A stretch of 64,000 nt of DNA from Myxococcota bacterium (GTDB lineage: Bacteria > Myxococcota_A > UBA796 > JAFGLY01), in assembly GCA_024276675.1 (NCBI GenBank), contig JAJRWT010000097.1:5660-69659 (forward strand), written 5' to 3'. How positions within the stretch are numbered: the stretch's first letter is position 1; each line of letters begins with the position of its first letter. Under the pieces are notes generated by a model. That model was not told the origin of the DNA. It was given only the letters and a program-made list of their open reading frames with translations, and did no database searches. Position numbers and translations under genes: made by a program. This document shows, piece after piece, positions 59,322-64,000 of this stretch.

Positions 59322-62114
59322 ATGCCTGACGACTCGCAAGACCCCTCCACTCTCATAGCCTGGATCGACGATTCCCCGCCCGAACCGGATGAGCCACCAC
59401 CTTCCAGGACAATCGCGGGCTATCGCTTGCTGCGCGAGCTGGGCGCGGGAGGCATGGGCACGGTCTACGAGGCCGAGCAGATCGCCCTGTCCCGGCGCGT
59501 GGCCCTGAAAATCCTGGCTCCCCACCTATCCCTGTCTCCCGGCGCCGTGGTTCGTTTCCGCCGCGAGGCAGAGGCGGCGGGCCGCCAGAAGCACCCGGGC
59601 CTGGTAACGGTCTACGACGTGGGCGAAGAAGGCGGTGTCCACTACATCGCCCAGGAGCTGGTGGAAGGGGGGCGTACCCTGGAAGACCGTCTCAACAGGG
59701 TCCGACGCCTTGCCCAGCTCCCCGCCAACTACTACCGCCAGACCGCACACCTGGTGCTGACCGTGGCCGATGCCCTTCAACACGCCCACGAGTCAGGGGT
59801 GATCCACCGCGACATCAAGCCCTCCAACATCCTCCTCACCACCAGTGGCACCCCCAAGGTGACCGACTTCGGCCTGGCGCGCATGGAAGATTCCCTGGCC
59901 CTCTCCCGCACGGGCGACTTCGCCGGCACACCCCATTACAGTTCGCCGGAGCAGGCATCGGCCAAGCCCGACGCCATCGACCACCGCAGCGACATCTTCT
60001 CCCTGGGAATCACCTTCTACGAAGCCCTTTGCTTCCAGCGACCATTCGAAGGTGACACGATCCAGCAGGTGCTGCACCGTGTCCAGACAGCCGACCCCAC
60101 CGATCCACGCCGCATTCGTGCCCACATCCCCCCCGAGCTTGCGGCCATCTGCCTGTGCGCCCTGGAAAAACGCCCCGAAAAGCGCTACGCCAGCATGGCC
60201 GAGCTGGCGGCAGACCTGCGCCGCTACCTGAACCACGAGCCCATCCTGGCACGACCGCCCGGCGCCGTCAGGCGTGCCCGAAAATGGTTGCTGCGCCACC
60301 CGGTGGTGACCGCTTCCGGAGCCGTGGCGCTGGTGGCCCTGCTGGTGGTGAGCGGGCTGCTCGTTCAAATCCAGGCCAAGAACCGGGCACTCCAGGTAGA
60401 AGTCGCCACTGCCCAGTCGGCCCTGGACTTCATGACGAACATGTTGGAATCGGTGGATCCCGACGAAGCCCGTGGCTCCGAGGTCACCATCAAGGAAGTC
60501 CTGGATCGGGGCGCCCAGGACATCGCCAGCAGGTTCGACCAGGAGCCGGAGGTCCGAGCCAGGCTGATGGACGTCATGGGCAGCGTGTACCTGGCCCTGG
60601 GGAACTACCAGGACGCCGAACCACTCCTGCAAAACGCCCTCTTCCTGCGTGAGACCAACCTGGGCCGGGAGCACGCGGACACCATGGCCTCCCGCGACAC
60701 CCTGGCGGAACTCCGTTGGCGCCAGGCCCGTTTCTCGGAGGCCGAGGAGCTGGTACGCACCAACCTGCAAGTACAGCGCCGAGTACTGGGCAACCAACAC
60801 CCCGACACTCTCTCATCCACCAACAACCTCGCCGCGCTCCACTGGCAGCAGGAACGCTACGAAGAAGCCGAACCCCTGTACGTGGAAGCCCTGGCGGGTC
60901 GCCGGAGAGTACTGGGCAACCAACACCCCGACACTCTCGAAACCATCAACAACCTTGCCGTCCTGTACAAGGTCATGGGCCGCTACGAAGAGGCCGAGCC
61001 CCTATACCTGGAAGACCTCCGGGGCTCCCGCCTGGTGCTGGGCGAGGACCACCCGGACCTGCTGGTGAGCCTTCACAACCTTGCGACCTTCTACACCTTG
61101 ATGCAACGCTACGAAGAGGCCGAGCCCCTGTACCTGGAAGCTCTGGAAGGACGGCGCCGCGTGCTGGGCGAAGACCACCCAGGCACCCTCAACACCATGT
61201 CAAAGCTGGGCGATATGTACGAAAGCCAGGGGCGATACCAAGAAGCCCTCACTCTGTTCCAGCAGGTGCTCGCCGGTCGCAACAAGGTGCTGGGCCAGGA
61301 TCACCCTGCCTCCATCGCTTCGACCAGGCGGCTGGCCGACTGCTACTTCAGGCTCGGGCAACTGGAACAGGCCCAGGACTACTACCTTGAATCCCTGGCA
61401 GATGCACGGCGGATTCTGGGCGACCAGAACTCCCTCACAGCCCGAATCCTCACGGGCCTGGGGGATCTCTACGAGTCGCGGGGCCAGTACGGCCAGGCAG
61501 CGCCCCTGTATGCCGAAGCCCTCGCCACCCGCGGCGCTCTCCTGGGCGAGGACCACCCGGACACCATCGAGGCCATGGCCAACGTGGCACTCATCCACTG
61601 GCGGCAGGGCCGAAGCCAACAGGCCGAGACCCTTTATCTCCAAGCCCTTGGAGGGGCGGGAGAAGCCCTGGGCGACGAACACAGCCTCTACCTCAACATA
61701 GCGAACAACCTGGCCGCCCTCTACCTGGAGCAGGAGCGTTTCGACAAGGCCCTCCCACTTTATGGCCATGTGCGCGACACGTCCGCCAAGGTCCTGGGCG
61801 CCAACCACCAGCTCACCATCGTGGCCACCAACAACCTGGCGTCCCTGCATCGACGCATGGGCAACTCCACGCTGGCTGAAACCCTGTACCGAGAGGCCGA
61901 AGCGTCATGCCGCGCACAGCTCGTTGAGCACGGCCCCCTGCTCTACAAGATCCTCAACGGCCTGGTGCTGACCCTCATGGCTGAGGGCAGGCCGGAGGAG
62001 GCCCTGCCGCTGGCCCAGGAGGCCCTCCTTGGCAACCAGGAGCTGCTGGGCCAGGATCATCCCGACACCAGGGTCTCGCTGGAAAACTTGAACAAGATAC
62101 AGGCCTACCGGTGA
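59322..62114 (+). CDS. Ser/Thr protein kinase with TM and 42-aa kinesin-light-chain-type TPR array
   Basis: LGAGGMGTVY, VALK, HRDIKPSN, DFG intact; repeats LG.(D/Q)HP.T....NNLA..Y...GRY.EAEPLY. Confidence 0.93.
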   Translation: MPDDSQDPSTLIAWIDDSPPEPDEPPPSRTIAGYRLLRELGAGGMGTVYEAEQIALSRRVALKILAPHLSLSPGAVVRFRREAEAAGRQKHPGLVTVYDVGEEGGVHYIAQELVEGGRTLEDRLNRVRRLAQLPANYYRQTAHLVLTVADALQHAHESGVIHRDIKPSNILLTTSGTPKVTDFGLARMEDSLALSRTGDFAGTPHYSSPEQASAKPDAIDHRSDIFSLGITFYEALCFQRPFEGDTIQQVLHRVQTADPTDPRRIRAHIPPELAAICLCALEKRPEKRYASMAELAADLRRYLNHEPILARPPGAVRRARKWLLRHPVVTASGAVALVALLVVSGLLVQIQAKNRALQVEVATAQSALDFMTNMLESVDPDEARGSEVTIKEVLDRGAQDIASRFDQEPEVRARLMDVMGSVYLALGNYQDAEPLLQNALFLRETNLGREHADTMASRDTLAELRWRQARFSEAEELVRTNLQVQRRVLGNQHPDTLSSTNNLAALHWQQERYEEAEPLYVEALAGRRRVLGNQHPDTLETINNLAVLYKVMGRYEEAEPLYLEDLRGSRLVLGEDHPDLLVSLHNLATFYTLMQRYEEAEPLYLEALEGRRRVLGEDHPGTLNTMSKLGDMYESQGRYQEALTLFQQVLAGRNKVLGQDHPASIASTRRLADCYFRLGQLEQAQDYYLESLADARRILGDQNSLTARILTGLGDLYESRGQYGQAAPLYAEALATRGALLGEDHPDTIEAMANVALIHWRQGRSQQAETLYLQALGGAGEALGDEHSLYLNIANNLAALYLEQERFDKALPLYGHVRDTSAKVLGANHQLTIVATNNLASLHRRMGNSTLAETLYREAEASCRAQLVEHGPLLYKILNGLVLTLMAEGRPEEALPLAQEALLGNQELLGQDHPDTRVSLENLNKIQAYR

Positions 62115-62160
62115 TTCGTACATGCTCGCCATGATACGCCCCCCCCCTGGGGCAGGCTGG

Positions 62161-62211
62161 AAGCCGGCCCCACGGGGAAACCGACCCCACGGGGAAGCCG
62201 GACCCACCAGG
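62161..62211. repeat. 17-bp tandem repeat x3 between convergent genes
   Basis: aagccggccccacgggg / aaaccgaccccacgggg / aagccggacccaccagg. Confidence 0.7.
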
Positions 62212-62250
62212 GTTCCTGGCGTTGGGAGCCAGTGATCCACCTGGCCGACA

Positions 62251-62886
62251 TCAGGGGCCTTCCGGCCACTGCTGGGTGACTATGAGCAACACCAGCAGCG
62301 CCAACAGGCCCCAGGCCAGCATCGTGCTGGTTGGGGATGCACCCACCAGTTTGAAGGGACTGCGGCCACGGCGAGGACGGCGGAGGAGCCGGTCTTCGAA
62401 GCTGCGGGCAGAGACGTGGTCCAGCAACAGGTGGGAACCGTAGCCGAGGGCGGCGCTCTGTGCGACGGCGACCCGCAGGCTGGGTTGGGTTTCGGGGAAG
62501 AGCAGGTAGAGGCCGGCCACGAAGATGCCGAGGCCGGGGAGGCTGTGGAAGATGCCCCGGTGTACGGTGCAGGCCTGGAAGAGCCACTGGAGGGGGAAGC
62601 GTATCAGCAGCACCGCCACGAGCCAGAGCAGGGCGGCCTGCGTAAGGCCGGGGAGGGGCAGCAGGTAGAGCAGGAGGGCGGGGATGGCTGCCGCGGCCAG
62701 GGTGAAGAGGAAGCGGCTGGGCAGGGAGCTGTCGTGATCGAGATCCGGCACGAGACCCCCGGCGGTGCCCGCCAGCACCACCAGGGCTAGCTGGAGGGCG
62801 CCGACGGAACCCCCGATGAAGCTGTTGATACCCAGCGCCAGCCCCGCGAGTGTTCCTCCGGCCAGGTGGGTCCTGTATGCTGCCAT
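62251..62886 (-). CDS. YdjM-like inner-membrane metal-dependent hydrolase
   Basis: YRTH, PDLD, HRGIFHS, GYGSHLLLD; polytopic. Confidence 0.82.
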   Translation of the reverse strand: MAAYRTHLAGGTLAGLALGINSFIGGSVGALQLALVVLAGTAGGLVPDLDHDSSLPSRFLFTLAAAAIPALLLYLLPLPGLTQAALLWLVAVLLIRFPLQWLFQACTVHRGIFHSLPGLGIFVAGLYLLFPETQPSLRVAVAQSAALGYGSHLLLDHVSARSFEDRLLRRPRRGRSPFKLVGASPTSTMLAWGLLALLVLLIVTQQWPEGP

Positions 62887-63223
62887 GGGAAGCATCCTCC
62901 CGCTGTTCTATAGTCCGCGTGCCAACCAGAATCTGTCCGGCAACTGGATTCTTCCTGTCACAGACGTACTCCAAGTCCACAATTCCACTTCGACGCCGCC
63001 CGAGGAGACTCCTGCATGGCTGTTGACCAACCCTGGGAGCGAGGGCGTCTGGTCCTGATTCGTACTGGAAGGGCTACTCGGTCCTTGGACTCTACCCTGC
63101 AGCGGCCCAACGCCCGCGCGTGGCCGTGCCTGGGCGCCCGCTGGATGATGCCGGTTGGAAAGATGCTTGAACAGTGGGTAGAATGTTCCAGTCACAGGAA
63201 CCGCGGACGGAGGAGCTGAGCAG

Positions 63224-64000
63224 GTGTCGTGGAAGGAACTGGGCTCAGCCCAGATTCAGCAGACCAACGCCGGCGAGGGGCTTGGACCCGGGGATTCCGA
63301 CCTGGCCGTGGCCCAGCAGGCTGATGGGCTGCAAACCCCACATGAAAGGAACAAAAACGACACCGCCCCGGCTCGCTGGCAGGGCTCGTATGGCAACCTG
63401 AGGCTGGCCAACGAGTTGGATGGGAGCTGGGACGGCAGCCTGGGCCCCGCCTTGAAGCTGGATCTTGCCCTGGAAGAAGCCGGCGTGCCGGCCCAGGCCA
63501 GAATACTGTCCGGCCCGGTGTCGGGTCTCTTGCGCTTCCGAGAAGAGCTGGAACTCCTCACCCGGGAAATGAACGAACAGGGTTCTGCACCTGGTAATGG
63601 CGTTTTCTCTGAACCCGCCATGGAGCACGCCGGGGATTCTACCATCCATGGCCAGGACAGCCCGGTCCTGGCCCCGGATGCCGGGAGCACGGATGACATG
63701 GCCACGGGCGACCTGGGGCCCGGGCTGCTTTTGGGTCTCTTCTACCGCCATGCCGACGGTGCTGTGCCGCCGGAGCTGGGCCTGAAGGTGGCACGGGCCC
63801 TCACCGGGGGGCGACCTCTGCCTCCACGCCAGTTGGCTCGGTTCTCCGCTGCGTTGAAGCACGATTTTTCGGGCGTGCGCATCCACACCGACGCCTCTTC
63901 CGCAAGCCTGGCCGACCAGATGCACGCCCATGCCTTCACCATGGGTCAGCACATCTTTTTTGGAAAGGGGGAGTACAACCCGGACACCGCTGCAACTGAT
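63224..64000 (+). CDS. DUF4157 (eCIS-core-domain) protein, 3'-truncated by the window edge; absent from the ORF track
   Basis: Hand translation: frame opens after TAG at 63179-63181; GGAGGAG then GTG at 63224; ...GGRPLPPRQLARFSAALKHDFSGVRIHTDASSASLADQMHAHAFTMGQHIFFGKGEYNP. Confidence 0.85.
   Translation, partial: MSWKELGSAQIQQTNAGEGLGPGDSDLAVAQQADGLQTPHERNKNDTAPARWQGSYGNLRLANELDGSWDGSLGPALKLDLALEEAGVPAQARILSGPVSGLLRFREELELLTREMNEQGSAPGNGVFSEPAMEHAGDSTIHGQDSPVLAPDAGSTDDMATGDLGPGLLLGLFYRHADGAVPPELGLKVARALTGGRPLPPRQLARFSAALKHDFSGVRIHTDASSASLADQMHAHAFTMGQHIFFGKGEYNPDTAATD

Noticed and set aside
62161-62211. CRISPR array
   Set aside because: Units are only 17 bp, have no spacers, and no cas genes are present.
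63245-63952. 235-aa minus-strand ORF in the track
   Set aside because: Antisense to the DUF4157 gene on the plus strand.

Overview
GC-rich bacterial chromosome. Asp/Thr-rich lipoproteins, Ser/Thr kinases, an extra Hsp70/J pair and a DUF4157 protein suggest a Myxococcota/deltaproteobacterial lineage (inference). Bases 1-11107 hold the 3' part of a tightly coupled respiratory operon: cytochrome b C-terminus, a ten-CxxCH cytochrome c, a Tat-exported nitrate-reductase-family molybdoenzyme with assimilatory-type motifs, two NapG-like ferredoxins, a NapH fused to an extracytoplasmic domain, and a YHS-YHS-polyferredoxin membrane protein. This is the best candidate for an undescribed system. It ends ~600 bp from the 3' end of tmRNA (11701-12072, tag ANNNDSFALAAA). 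The rest holds an orphan lsrF plus two Zn-dehydrogenases, housekeeping genes (hisS, dtd, suhB, queE, folE2 fused to an XRE HTH, rlmD, yicC, gmk, relA/spoT), many exported proteins, four apparent pseudo-enzymes (two kinases, a caspase, a PEP-utiliser) and a partial DUF4157 gene missing from the ORF track. All calls come from reading motifs by eye; no searches were run.
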